A DNA stretch of 64,000 bases from Candidatus Bathyarchaeota archaeon (GTDB taxonomy: Archaea > Thermoproteota > Bathyarchaeia > 40CM-2-53-6): contig CAWHWX010000016.1 in the NCBI GenBank assembly GCA_963833125.1, positions 64,001 through 128,000 of the forward strand, written 5' to 3'. How positions within the stretch are numbered: the stretch's first letter is position 1; every line of letters starts with the position of its first letter. This document shows positions 19,753 to 30,999 of this stretch, piece by piece. The notes under the pieces were generated by a model, which was given only the letters and a program-made list of their open reading frames with translations, was not told the DNA's origin and made no database searches. Position numbers and translations under genes: made by a program.

Positions 19753-20538
19753 TTACACTTTGGAAAACTTCGGCGTGTATTGGAACGTTCCATCAGACAG
19801 CTGCGTTTTTGAAAAGTCGGCATAGAGGATTGGATAGTCCCGTATGCAAATTTCCGCGACTTGGCCGAATACCTTGCGAATTTCGACCTCCGCGCTTGGG
19901 TCAGTGCGCATTTCAATAACCCAACGCAGTGTTCGATGGTTGGCGGTCCAAATCATATTCGTTGCGATCCCGTCGGGGAGAATCCTGCGCAAAGCGGAGG
20001 TAACGCGTTTCTTTTGTTCAAATGGCATCTTGTCCCAGTCGAATTTCGATTCGAGATCATGATATTGCGTTTCAATCTCCTTAACGGCATCTTGGAACTC
20101 CTTCGAGACTGATTCCAGGTCCGGAGGTAACCACAGCGAAATGTCACGGGGACGAACATACCTCAAACTCTCCTGGCTAATCGCTGTTCCTGCCCGGTGT
20201 CGAACAACTTCATGGGTAAACACCCGACTTACATTTAGAAACGCGAAGGTAACCGTCGCATGCTCCAATATGCTTCCATCCCCCTTCTCGAGCACATTTT
20301 TCAAATAGGCACGGGAGTCCTCGCGAATCTTAGTCACATTAGGGTTCAGTCCAACACCGTACGATTTGTAGCACGCCCTGCCCGAGAGTTCGATTAAGAA
20401 TTCGGTATCATTACCCTGTGTTGGCCGCACTCTTTCGAACCAGTCAGTGGCGTTATAGCTTTCTATAAGCTTCTGGACGCCTTCTAAGTCCAGCTTGGTC
20501 TCTGCGAGTTTTACAACGACAGGTTCTATCTTGGTCAT
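19753..20538 (-). CDS. thyX: FAD-dependent thymidylate synthase
   Basis: SILEH, RHRAGTAISQESLRY signature and EIR motif. Probable start MTKIEP. Confidence 0.93.
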   Translation of the reverse strand: MTKIEPVVVKLAETKLDLEGVQKLIESYNATDWFERVRPTQGNDTEFLIELSGRACYKSYGVGLNPNVTKIREDSRAYLKNVLEKGDGSILEHATVTFAFLNVSRVFTHEVVRHRAGTAISQESLRYVRPRDISLWLPPDLESVSKEFQDAVKEIETQYHDLESKFDWDKMPFEQKKRVTSALRRILPDGIATNMIWTANHRTLRWVIEMRTDPSAEVEIRKVFGQVAEICIRDYPILYADFSKTQLSDGTFQYTPKFSKV

Positions 20539-20695
20539 TTGTTCCCCAAATGGTTTCTGAGGTAAACTATCTAAGCGTTGGCTGTGGGGCCTTTCCTCCA
20601 TTTCTTTGCGCACTCATCGAATGTGTGACTTGATGGGAATAAGGCTAAATTGCGGCGGCCGCAGTGGGCGAGATTAGAAAGGTGCTCCTCAGAGT

Positions 20696-21025
20696 TTGTC
20701 TTGGACTGAAGAACGGAACAAGGCTCTGGACGAGATTAAGAAGCTTGAGCCGGCGGATCGGCTTGCCCTGTATGCGTCTTTGATTCGCATGAATTCCGCT
20801 CTGTTCGAGAGTGTGCGCGGTTGGGACAGTTGGCTAAGGAATCCATCATTCATCGATACTTTCACTCAAGATGAGTTGAAGGAGATCTTCAAGCAATTCA
20901 AGGATGTTTGCGTTCGTTTTCTAGAAGAGGATGTTCGTTGGACCGGGAAGAAGGAGAAGAATCTACCTGTTGGATCGAAGACAGCCAAGGGTGAACGCGC
21001 CGAAGCCGAGAGACGATACGCATAA
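20696..21025 (+). CDS. DUF2153-like archaeal conserved protein
   Basis: DRL..SVRGWDSWLRNP..FTQDELKEIF pattern. Confidence 0.7.
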   Translation: MSWTEERNKALDEIKKLEPADRLALYASLIRMNSALFESVRGWDSWLRNPSFIDTFTQDELKEIFKQFKDVCVRFLEEDVRWTGKKEKNLPVGSKTAKGERAEAERRYA

Positions 21026-21065
21026 ATCACACAGCCTCGGACCGCAGTTTTGGAAGCCTCAACCG

Positions 21066-21530
21066 ATGAGTATTGCCCCCTTTGTTCAAACACCGCTCGA
21101 AGTAGCTAAGAAGATGCTCGAACTGTCCCAGGTCAAGGCTGGAGAAAACCTATACGATCTAGGGTGCGGCGACGGTCGGCTGATCATACTTGCTGGGAAG
21201 GATGCGGGCGCGAAGGCAACGGGAGTTGAGTTGAGGGAAGATCTCGTGGAGCGGGCGCGAACGGAGATCAAGCGCCTTAATGTGGAAGACAAAGTGAGGG
21301 TGATTCAAGGGAACTTCTTCGATGTCAACATATCCGACGCAGACGTCGTTACGCTTTACCTCACCTCAAGTGCAAACGACCGACTTAGGCCGAAGCTTGA
21401 ATCGGAACTGAAACAAGGGGCCCGCGTCGTATCGCATGATTTCAAAGTCCCCGGCTGGAAACCAAGCTCAGTCTATGACGAACTCCTGGGCCATACAATC
21501 TACACTTATCGAATCGGGCAACAACTCTAA
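21066..21530 (+). CDS. Class I SAM-dependent methyltransferase
   Basis: APFVQTP, YDLGCGDGR, VVTLYL and RVVSHDF motifs. Confidence 0.9.
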   Translation: MSIAPFVQTPLEVAKKMLELSQVKAGENLYDLGCGDGRLIILAGKDAGAKATGVELREDLVERARTEIKRLNVEDKVRVIQGNFFDVNISDADVVTLYLTSSANDRLRPKLESELKQGARVVSHDFKVPGWKPSSVYDELLGHTIYTYRIGQQL

Positions 21531-21550
21531 CCTCCAGGCGTCGCTCGCAA

Positions 21551-22447
21551 ATGCGGCGCCTAACTTCTCGAATGGAACAGGGCAATAACACAGCGATAGC
21601 ACTACTCGTTATCACCACCATTCTCTGGGGCAGCTCCTTTGTTGCGATAAAGATCGGCCTTACTTTTATCGACCCGTTCGATTTCGCATTCCTGAGACTA
21701 CTCATAGCCGCGGGAACATTGTTAGCTGTTCTCATAATGCGAGGCAGATTCAGATCGAGCGCTTTGAAAGAACCCGCAGTTTGGGCACTCGGCTTGATAA
21801 GTGGAACGGGATATGTGTTTCAGTTTCTTGGACTTGAATACACAACCGCTGCAAAAACCGCCTTACTCATCGACTTGAACGTGATCGTAGTAGCCCTCCT
21901 AAGTTGGAGGATTTTTGCCGAACCATTTGGGTTACGAAAGCAACTTGCAGTAGTTTTGGGGGTTGTTGGGGCCGTACTGATTACTACCAACGGTGATTTA
22001 TCAGGTCTGGCACGGGGGGAGCTAAAGGGAGATTTCTTCGCTCTCATTTCGGGCCTTATCTTCGCGTTGTTCATCGTGATTCACAAACGTCTACAGATGC
22101 AACGCGACAGGAACGTGATTGAGATGTCATCAGTCGTAATGCTCGCTACAGCCATCGTCCTATTTCCCACAGCGCTCTTCTTGGGAGGTCTGAACATACG
22201 AAATGTTCCCGTAGAAGGTTGGGCGTGGGTTGCGTTTACTTCAATCGTTTGCACCATCATACCCTACGCGTTATGGATCTTTGCGTTGAAGTCCGTTACT
22301 GCAACGATCGCGGGCGTGGTAGGGATGTTAGAGATAGTGGCGGCAATGGTGCTCTCGACCCTATTACTTGGCGAAAGCTATGCCACCGCAACACTTCTTG
22401 GCGCGATTCTAGTACTCATTTCTATCTTGGCTGTTGCTGAGGGATGA
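21551..22447 (+). CDS. DMT/EamA family transporter
   Basis: ILWGSSF, about 10 TM helices, duplicated EamA halves. Confidence 0.9.
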   Translation: MRRLTSRMEQGNNTAIALLVITTILWGSSFVAIKIGLTFIDPFDFAFLRLLIAAGTLLAVLIMRGRFRSSALKEPAVWALGLISGTGYVFQFLGLEYTTAAKTALLIDLNVIVVALLSWRIFAEPFGLRKQLAVVLGVVGAVLITTNGDLSGLARGELKGDFFALISGLIFALFIVIHKRLQMQRDRNVIEMSSVVMLATAIVLFPTALFLGGLNIRNVPVEGWAWVAFTSIVCTIIPYALWIFALKSVTATIAGVVGMLEIVAAMVLSTLLLGESYATATLLGAILVLISILAVAEG

Positions 22448-22486
22448 AGAAGTGTTTTATAGCAACGGTCTTCGGTAAGCGTTGCG

Positions 22487-23200
22487 TTGATGTTCAGCTT
22501 GAAGATGGGACGACAAGCCTACGTGGCTGAATTCATCGGGACATTCGCACTAGTCTTCTTCGGTTCAATGTCAGTTATCGTGTTCTTCCCAGCTCTCGGG
22601 TACTCCGTGCCCCAAGCCTCATTCCTTGGAGTCGCGTTCGCACACGGATTAATTCTAATGATTATGGTTTACACGATTGGGTGGATTTCGGGTTGCCACA
22701 TTAACCCCGCAATAACCATCACCGCCGTAGCCCTCAAGAAGATGGAGGCTAGCGATGGCGTGGTGTACTTGGTGGCGCAAGTTTTGGGGGCTATTCTTGC
22801 AGGTGCGGTTGACGGGTTGATCCAGCCTGGGAATGGGTCTCTCATAAAGTTCGGACTACCGTCTCCGTCACCAATAATTGGTCAAAGCGAACTCATCGCG
22901 GTTCTCGTTGAGCTCATCATCACATTCTTCCTAATGTTCTCGGTTTACGCTGTTCTATACTCTGGTAAGGTGCATCCTGCTGCGTCCGGTTTGTTGATTG
23001 GGATGACCTTGGCTGTGGACGTCCTTATCGCTGGCCCTCTGACTGGTGGCGCAGCGAATCCTGCGAGGTGGCTTGGTCCAGCCGTTGCTTCCATGGATTT
23101 TGATAGCTTCTGGGTCTACTGGGTGGGTCCAATTGCAGGCGCCCTTCTCGGAGGGTTCACTTGCGAGTACCTTATGACACCGCAGAAAAGAAAGAGGTAA
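22487..23200 (+). CDS. Aquaporin (MIP family)
   Basis: AEFIGTF, HINPA and ANPAR motifs, WVYWVGP. Confidence 0.95.
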   Translation: MMFSLKMGRQAYVAEFIGTFALVFFGSMSVIVFFPALGYSVPQASFLGVAFAHGLILMIMVYTIGWISGCHINPAITITAVALKKMEASDGVVYLVAQVLGAILAGAVDGLIQPGNGSLIKFGLPSPSPIIGQSELIAVLVELIITFFLMFSVYAVLYSGKVHPAASGLLIGMTLAVDVLIAGPLTGGAANPARWLGPAVASMDFDSFWVYWVGPIAGALLGGFTCEYLMTPQKRKR

Positions 23201-23206
23201 CCCAAA

Positions 23207-24013
23207 CTATTTTCCGAAGGTCTGGTTCACGTCTCCGACCTTGTGAATGACGCGGATTTCTATTCCACTCTTTCTTAGCAATGTCGGCAACTTCCCGACC
23301 CTAGAAATGTGAAACTTAGCGAGGACGCTCTTCGAGGTGCTTGCTAGATCGACATGTTCCGTACTAGCCCGAATCAGAGCTGTTCCGTTCTCCGCAACAA
23401 CATTTGTGCGAATCAGTTTCACCCAGTGTTCCTCTCTCCCCTTCTCGGCTTCTTTTCCCGTAATCTTCCGCTCTAACAGTAACTTGTACGGGTCGAATCC
23501 CTCGTCAAGGAATATCGTTTTCTTTACGCTTGGCGGGCTGATCTCTGGTGGCCTAACTCCGACGAACCTGAATGACTGTTCGAGTTCGCTTGGCTCGAAC
23601 GGCACTCCTTGAAGAAAGAGCGTATGTGGAGCCAGGGATTCAGCTTGGCGTTGGCCACTGTATGCATTATACACGGCGTTCGCAATAAATCGGAAACTCG
23701 ATTGCAGCACGGCAAGCATTTCCATATCCCCCTCAGAATAGACTTGAAGAGTACGCATGGCTTCCCGGTAATTCTTCTCGGAGGGAGAAAACTCGAAGAG
23801 AAGTTCCAACCCTTGCTTTACAATGTCCAGAGCAGAATACTTGGCCAAGTTCTTCTGGGGGACCCTGAATCGCTTAAGGTTTAGTTGCAGAAGCGAGTTA
23901 ACTGCACTTCTCATATCTCGAACGGTAACGCTGTCGAGTGGGCAGCTCTCAGCAATGGCATAAAGCGTCCCCTGCTCGTCCATCTCTTGTGCGTCACCTC
24001 CTGAAGTCGTCAT
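23207..24013 (-). CDS. Hypothetical protein
   Basis: 268-aa ORF filling the region; no recognised motif. Confidence 0.6.
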   Translation of the reverse strand: MTTSGGDAQEMDEQGTLYAIAESCPLDSVTVRDMRSAVNSLLQLNLKRFRVPQKNLAKYSALDIVKQGLELLFEFSPSEKNYREAMRTLQVYSEGDMEMLAVLQSSFRFIANAVYNAYSGQRQAESLAPHTLFLQGVPFEPSELEQSFRFVGVRPPEISPPSVKKTIFLDEGFDPYKLLLERKITGKEAEKGREEHWVKLIRTNVVAENGTALIRASTEHVDLASTSKSVLAKFHISRVGKLPTLLRKSGIEIRVIHKVGDVNQTFGK

Positions 24014-24105
24014 TTAGGGAAGAAATTTAGTCAATAATTTAAGCTGGGGGGATTTCGCGGAACTAAAGTAGTAGGTAGCTGATTTTTACCCCGGATGCAT
24101 CGGAA

Positions 24106-24573
24106 TTGAAGGCGAAACTGGACCATGTTGGTATACTAGTGGAGAAACTCGACGAGCCATTGATCGATTTCTACCGGCAGGTGCTTGGCTGCGAGAAACC
24201 ACGGTTTTTCCGTGTGGACAACGAAGACGAAGAGATGAATTACGTATACCTCCCACTGCCAAAGGGAGACAATTACGTTGAACTCCTTGCCCCAGTAAGA
24301 GGGCCCAGCAAGGAACTCTTGAAGAAGAAGGGCGCAGGCACAATGTTCGAGTTATGCGTGGAAGTAGATAGCATAGAAGAATTCTATGACGAAATGAAGG
24401 GGAGGGGAATTACTCTCTGCGATCCGATGGGTCGGCCTTTGCGAGAGGACAGGAAATGGTGTTCAATTCCTGGTGACGATAACAAATATGCATACCTACC
24501 CGAAGACAAGACATTCGGCACAACGATAGAAATCCTGGAACGGAACACATGGAAACGTAATACATACTGGTAG
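24106..24573 (+). CDS. VOC family protein (methylmalonyl-CoA epimerase-like)
   Basis: LDHVGILV, VELLAP, ELCVEVD and GTTIEILE motifs. Confidence 0.85.
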   Translation: MKAKLDHVGILVEKLDEPLIDFYRQVLGCEKPRFFRVDNEDEEMNYVYLPLPKGDNYVELLAPVRGPSKELLKKKGAGTMFELCVEVDSIEEFYDEMKGRGITLCDPMGRPLREDRKWCSIPGDDNKYAYLPEDKTFGTTIEILERNTWKRNTYW

Positions 24574-24619
24574 CGGACGAGAATTGGGCAAAATCGAAAT
24601 AACTGCAAACCTTGGATCG

Positions 24620-24857
24620 TCTGTGATGTTCGGAGTATCGTGGGCTTGCACCATGTAGTGGAATGCAGGTCGCGGATTATCCGGTCCATCAACTGTGTTG
24701 CAATGGTCAAACTGGTCGGCCAGTACGGACCAGCGTTCGTGGCGGCACCGATGTGGTCTGGTGTGATGCAGTTCAGAGTACTCAACTGGTAGTCTGGGCG
24801 CCATCCGCCCCAGGAAGGAAATTTCTCGAATAACTGGTCGAACTTACCGGTTGTCAT
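24620..24857 (-). pseudogene. Degenerate remnant of a cyclase-family (kynurenine formamidase-like) gene
   Basis: SWGGWRPDYQLSTLNCITPD resembles the family N-terminus NWGRWGxDD(Q/E)xGTLNxITP; another frame reads GPDNPRPAFHYM; the rest is missing. Confidence 0.5.
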
Positions 24858-24900
24858 GTCATGGTTGTTGTTTTCGTCGGTGTGCGCAGGTGTCGGGAAC

Positions 24901-26073
24901 CTACCTAGCGGTTAGTAAGTCTCCGTGTCCAGGTCCTCGGGGGATAATCGGCCAGATGTCGACAACTACCCCCCCCTCGACCACATGGTACGCATCGTAG
25001 AGGTTTACTGTAGTTGGACCATACCCTGGAACGAACTCCATGGTACTTCCAAGTTTGAGGCTACATCGCTTGTCGACATCGAAGAGGGCATGCTCCTCCG
25101 CAAAGTAGCGTGCCGCGTAGAATGGGTAATCCAACATCGTGGGTTGTACAAAGTCGATGCCGACTGACTTACGACCGCAGTCAAATACGATTGTGTCTCC
25201 GTGCTGTATAACCACCGTCCCCAGAACAGTCAGCGATTTCGAGAAACCCGGGACTAGGTTTCCATGGAAATTATCCATAAAAACGTAGGACCCTGCTTGA
25301 ATCTCAGTAACACGTGGATCTGCGCCCGTAATATCATAAGTACCAGTTCCGCCAGCCGAAACTATCTCACATTTGAACCCAGCCTCAGCTAGGCGACTGA
25401 CTACCGTACCGATATGATCCATGGCTTCCCGAGCTTTCTTTACTCTCAATTCATGATCCGGTTCAAGCATACAATGTCCTTCGTAGCCCTGCACGCCTCT
25501 GAACCTGAGGCCAGAAAGCGTAGCCAAATGTTTAGCCAGGTCTACGGCTTCATCTGGAGAACGAACACCCCCCGCCGCCATTCCGACATCTATCTCGATG
25601 ATGACGTCAAGTTTGCTTCCTACCTTAGAAACAGTCTTGGAGATGTCATCGGCATTATTCGCATCATCAACTGTGACCGTGAGGTGTCCATCTTTCGCGA
25701 CTTCGGCAAGCGTTTGGATTTTCTCCTTACCGACCACCTCATTCGCGATTAACACGTCTTCGATACCGCCGCGGCTCATTACGAGGGCTTCCCAGACTGT
25801 GGCTGTGCAAACTCCGATCGCTCCCGCTTCGACTTGCATTTTGGCTAATTCAATGCTTTTCTGGACCTTTATGTGAGGTCTCAGTTTAGCGTGCAGTGAT
25901 TTCAAACGTTGTGTCATGAAATTGATGTTGCGACGAACCACATCCAAGTCCAAGATCAATGCCGGCGTTATGAGCCCACGGCGATGTCTGCCTAACGCTG
26001 AACGGTATGAGTTGCGTACGCGCTTCTGAATTTCATCAATCTCTGGATAGGTTCTCGCACTTCGTTGACTCAA
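24901..26073 (-). CDS. PLP-dependent DSD1/D-threonine aldolase-like enzyme (alanine racemase fold)
   Basis: TPAL, LRPHIK (PLP Lys), QGYEGH, SAGGTGT, EIQAGSY and EEH motifs. Confidence 0.9.
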   Translation of the reverse strand: MSQRSARTYPEIDEIQKRVRNSYRSALGRHRRGLITPALILDLDVVRRNINFMTQRLKSLHAKLRPHIKVQKSIELAKMQVEAGAIGVCTATVWEALVMSRGGIEDVLIANEVVGKEKIQTLAEVAKDGHLTVTVDDANNADDISKTVSKVGSKLDVIIEIDVGMAAGGVRSPDEAVDLAKHLATLSGLRFRGVQGYEGHCMLEPDHELRVKKAREAMDHIGTVVSRLAEAGFKCEIVSAGGTGTYDITGADPRVTEIQAGSYVFMDNFHGNLVPGFSKSLTVLGTVVIQHGDTIVFDCGRKSVGIDFVQPTMLDYPFYAARYFAEEHALFDVDKRCSLKLGSTMEFVPGYGPTTVNLYDAYHVVEGGVVVDIWPIIPRGPGHGDLLTAR

Positions 26074-26500
26074 GCTAAACGGCTCTCAACGTCCATGGGA
26101 AATCTCTGGTAATAAGAACCATGGCTCAGGTTCAGGATTAGACATTCATCTAATGCATTCCGACTTACGGTAGTTAACAATCACCTTGGAACCTTCAACG
26201 GCGAATCTTCGGGTAATGGCGCTGCCGATTCTAGCCCGAACCACCAGTAACGATCGTGACTCTATCTTTCAATTTCATGAGTGAGATCACGAGAAGGAGA
26301 TGAGGTCTTTATTCTAAAATCTTCTTCGAAGATCTAATACCGTAACCTTCCTGATTGACAGATTGTTTTTGCTTCAATGTCCTACGGAAACCGATTATTA
26401 ATCAAGTAGCGAGTCCTCGAACGTTCAATTTGAGGCTTGAAATCGGCCGCCTTCATGCCAAGTGTTAAATATAGTTCGAAGAACCAGTTTTCAGATCCCC

Positions 26501-28075
26501 TTGTCTACACAGAAGGTATTCCTACGGGAAGCAACTGGATTAGTTAGGTCCTTCACATGGTATGATGCGACTATATTGAGCCTGGCCGTAACAGGACCTA
26601 CCCTGTTCGGAATGTCCTCCCAAATCGGCTACGTAGCCCCTAACGGACCTGGAGCCGACTTCACAATTTCCGCGATCATTGGATTCCTGTTCATGATCCC
26701 CCTCGCAGTAGTATACTACATCTTTTCGGTTCAGATGCCAAGATCCGGAGGGGACTATGTGTGGCTTGGGCGAACACTGAACCCAATTTTGGGATTTGTT
26801 GGGGGATGGGCTATGTTCATTTCATTCATTGCGCTTCTAGCAAGCGCATCTGTAACGGAACCCGCAGTCGTTATACCAGACGTAGGCGTAGCCTTAGGAT
26901 ACATCTGGAACAACCCAGGACTAATTTCCTGGGGACAGAACTTCGCGAGTAGTACGACAAATCTATTCGCTGGGACGATCCTCACGATAATTATTGGGAT
27001 TATTATCGCCGCTTGCACGCCAAGGGTTTACAGTCGTATTATGCTCGTTTTAGCTGGAATAATCTTCATTGCCTCTTTCATCTTCATCGGCGCCTTCGCG
27101 ACCCAACAAGTGCCTCATTTGCGACAGGGCTAAGTAACTTAACGAATGGAACCATGACGGTTAATGGAGTTGTATCTCAAGCCGCATCGGCGGGTATGCC
27201 TTTCGTTCCGGTGAATCAGACCGCCACTTTCCTAGCAGTCCCATTTGGGGTCTTGCTATTCAACGGATTCAATTATTCCGTCTACATCTCTGGCGAAGTA
27301 AGGAATGTGAAGAATGGAATGCTATGGGGTGTGATGGTTGCACTATTGATCTGCGGAATTCTCGATATAACGGGACTCTACTTCATAACGAACGCGGAAA
27401 GCTACCCATTCATGCAAGCAGTGTTTGGGTTATTCAACCAGGGTAAGCTCTCCCTAGGAGTTTCCCCATGGTCGCCCGTTTTCATCCCAGCAGTCCTAAG
27501 CAACCCATACCTATCGAGTTTCGTCGAGATCGGATTTCTATTATTCAACTTCTGGTGGGCCGCAGGCCTCGCCATCTGCATCTCGAGGTACGTGTTCGCA
27601 TTCTCATTCGACCGGGTACTTCCAACCGTTTTCGCAGATGTGAACGATAGACTCCACGTCCCGTTGAAAGCGGTCGGGTTGACTTTCGTAATTTCAGTCA
27701 TCCTAACCTACATCGCCATATACACGACATACATCGGACAGCTGCTCAATGTGGTTACGATTTGGGCCGTCGTCTGGATTCTGGTAGGAATATCGGCCAT
27801 TGTCCTTCCATTTTGGAAGAAAGAATTCTCCAAGGGTCTCATTGGCGGTCGTTGGTTACTTCCAATCTTTGGCGTTCTAACAATCATAGGCATGGGAACT
27901 ACCCTCTACTGGTCTGTGACAAACCCTGCAATTGGGCCCTCGACTCCGGCCTCGACCCTCCTGCTGGTCGTGATATTCGGATCCGCTGTCGTCATCTACC
28001 TAGCGGCGATACTTCTACTTCAAGGGCAAAGGTCTTGACCTTATCAAGGGCCAAATGGAGATACCGCCAGAATAA
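26501..28075 (+). CDS. APC-family amino acid permease (frameshifts ~27110, ~28005)
   Basis: FLREATGLVR, MPRSGGDYV, GEVRN and FDRVLP motifs; corrected C-terminus EIPPE*. Confidence 0.88.
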
Positions 28076-28173
28076 GAAGACCAACAGAGCGAACAAATCT
28101 CCAAATACTCTGCCGCCTTAAGGTGCGTCATCGGTCAATGCCGTCGATGCACCGTACGTTATTTTTCGGTCAG

Positions 28174-28649
28174 CTAAGTCTTGGAGAAGGGTGGGCGTTC
28201 TAGGATTTCTCTGATCTCGGACGTAATCTGAACGTCTTTCTCGTATGTAATTCTAAACACCCATCGGAGCAGGTTCGCTGGGATATGATGCCGACCAGTT
28301 TTCCTTTCTCAACCACAGGTAGTCGCCTGACGCCGTGTTTGAGCATTGCAGCCATTGCTTCCTGGTTGGTCGGACGTGCTACCGTAATCAGTGGACCTGA
28401 CATTACGTTCCTAACTGGAGTTTTGAGAGCATTTGTTCGTTTCGCCACGTACCGTGAGATATCACGTTCTGTGACGATCCCCACTGGTGTCCCTTCTTCA
28501 ACGACTACGATGCTTCCAATATTCCGCTTCACCATTTTCTGCAATGCGTACTTCAGCGATCGCTTTGGTTCAACGGTCTCAACCCTAACTGCCATAAGAG
28601 CTTCCACTGAGTCTGAATCAACCACGTCAGGCAAACCCGTCATCAACAC
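28174..28649 (-). CDS. CBS-pair protein (frameshift near the 3' end)
   Basis: IGSIVVV..GIVTERD and VRRLPVV..LVGIIS motifs. Confidence 0.85.
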
Positions 28650-28895
28650 ACTGGCGCTTTCATCGGGATTAAAGGCTTCTTGGGAAAACCAAGTCTACGA
28701 CTACTAGGCTCTTTTTTGCGAGCTGCAAAAAAAAGGCCGTCCGTCCGAGAAACGTCTTACCGAAGCAAATCCAGGAAATCGTGTAACCTAGACCGGAAAT
28801 TTGGATTATAGCAGGTTACGAGGCGTCTTTTATGTTAGGGCCTCTCTCTTGGCCGAGTTGGTGTTGAAAGAGATGCTCCCTGTGGATTCAGCTGG

Positions 28896-29144
28896 GTGGG
28901 TCATAAACGGCAGATCGTTGTTGAGGTTCTAGGATGGTATGGATTGATCGCTATCGTACTTGCCTATGGGACCGTGAGTCTGAGCTTTGCTTCGCCGAAT
29001 AGTTTGGCGTATCAGTTCTTGAATCTAAGCGGAGCCGTAGGGCTTGGCCTAGTAGCGTTCGCTAAGAGGGCGTATCAAAATGGCGTTCTAAATGTGGTTT
29101 GGGGCGCAATAGCTGTCGTGGCTTTGATACATCTAATTCTCTGA
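28896..29144 (+). CDS. CBU_0592-like small membrane protein
   Basis: LGWYG..LAY..YQFLNLSG..LNVVW pattern with three TM helices. Confidence 0.7.
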   Translation: MGHKRQIVVEVLGWYGLIAIVLAYGTVSLSFASPNSLAYQFLNLSGAVGLGLVAFAKRAYQNGVLNVVWGAIAVVALIHLIL

Positions 29145-29183
29145 ACTCTGCCGTCGAAAACAGCTGTATGGTTAAGGGAATTT

Positions 29184-30077
29184 TCAGTATGCGCTGGTCG
29201 GTAAGAACTTCTCTACTCGTTTCCTGAGCTCTATAGCGGCTTTTGACCATTTCCCGTCGCACACATTGTTTAGGTAACTGTCATTCTCAAATTCGAGCGA
29301 GAGATACCCACGGTACCGAGAATTTCGTAGAGCCATGAAGAACTTCTTCCAATCGACTACTCCCTCGCCAAGAAATGGGAAAATGAAGGTTTCTCCAAGG
29401 CCTCCCGGTTTCCCGAAGGCATCCTTCACATGTACATGTCACACTTTATCACCGAGCATTTTCGCCGCCCAAACGGGGTCATTTCCATACACCACAAAGT
29501 GAGATAGATCCAGGTTCACTCCAAGATACTTGGAATCAAAGTAACTCAGAAACTCCTTAACAGTATAGTAATCGTGCACCAACATTCCGAATACAGGTTC
29601 AACCGTAACCACGACATGATTCTTCTCCGCCGACTCGACCAGATTAGAAAATGAATCGACAACAACCTTCCAAGCTTCGCATTCCGAGATTTCCCGACCA
29701 ATCCTCTGAAACTCAGGATTCCAAGTCATCGGTCCCGTGAAGACGTTCATCAAGGGGATGGATAATTCGCTCGCTTCCCCCAACATAGCGGTCAAGACTT
29801 TCAGACTCCTATTCCTAACGCTACGATTCTTCGTTACGAGATCCTGCCAACACATTATGTTCGATACGGCGAGGCCACGTCTTCTCGTTTTGATGACCAG
29901 CTTTCTGAGTTCCCTGGTAGTCCGGAAATGCTGACCTAGCATCCATTCTACACCCAGCAGTACCCTGCTTTCGAGATGACACAGGATGGCTTCGTCAGTT
30001 GACGGCGAAGCCCAAACCGCCGGGGAAGTCATGTAGTAAGGGATCAATGATAACTTCCAGTCGGAGGCTCTTGTCAA
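29184..30077 (-). CDS. Sugar phosphate isomerase/epimerase TIM-barrel protein (in-frame TGA at 29439-29441)
   Basis: VEP, NLDLSH, HVHVKD, GEGVVDW and LSLEFE motifs; the two ORFs are in the same frame. Confidence 0.8.
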
Positions 30078-30081
30078 TTTT

Positions 30082-30925
30082 CTAGTAAGAGCCTCCTATT
30101 TCCTTCACGACGAGGCCTATTTCTGTCAGACATTTTTCATCTTCCGCTTTCTCGCCTAAAGTAAAATGCGTCATCCCAGCGTCCACATACTGTTCAACGT
30201 CTCTCCGAAGAGTCTGGATGTCTGTTCGGTTGATTAAGTTCGTAAATGCAAATTGGTCATGAGGATATTTTCGCTTGCTCAACTCGTCGAGGATTACTTT
30301 TCCCATTTCCGCATATTCGTTAGGTTTGGGGTAGCTATCGTCGAACCATCTCGGGCCTATAGGCATCCATCCATCCGCATACTTTCCCCGCCTACGTGAA
30401 GCGACACTGGTAGATGTCCCCCCCACCAGATTGGTGGATAGGGTTTCTGAATTGGTTTAGGCTCGAGAGCGGCACCCTTTGCGTTACATATTTCCCATGG
30501 GAATCCACCAACACCGGCTCGGTCCATAAGCGTTTCATCAATCGGATTGCTTCAAGGCTAAACCGAGATTCTCTCCTTATTCTCATGCCATTCGGAATAC
30601 CCTTCGAACTCAGGCCGGTACCACCCAAACCCCACTCCAACTATCAGGCGTCCATCAGACAGGTAATCTATAGTTGAGGCCATCTTTGCTAGAATACCCG
30701 GCGGTCGAAATGTGAGGGGTGTAACGGCCGTTCCTAATCTGAGTTTGACGGTTTTCGCGGCGGAGTAAGGGAGGAAGTCCAAACATCGATATGATTGTTT
30801 GAGTTTGGGAGCATGAAATGATCTGTTACAAGAAAATAATCATAACCCACTTTTTCGGCTTCCACTGCGAGTCTTTCGATGAGCTTCGGTTTTGCCCGTC
30901 CAGTGACAGCTATTCCACACTTCAA
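30082..30925 (-). CDS. LLM-class flavin/F420-dependent oxidoreductase (several frameshifts)
   Basis: TDHF, RLGTAVT, RPPGILAKMASTIDYLSDGRLIVGVGFGW and YADGW motifs across four ORF pieces. Confidence 0.85.
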
Positions 30926-30999
30926 TCCACATACCTCGCTGAAGGAGGTCGATGTAGACTAAGGCTAATATACAAAGCGAATCGCCTGTCTTCTACGAG

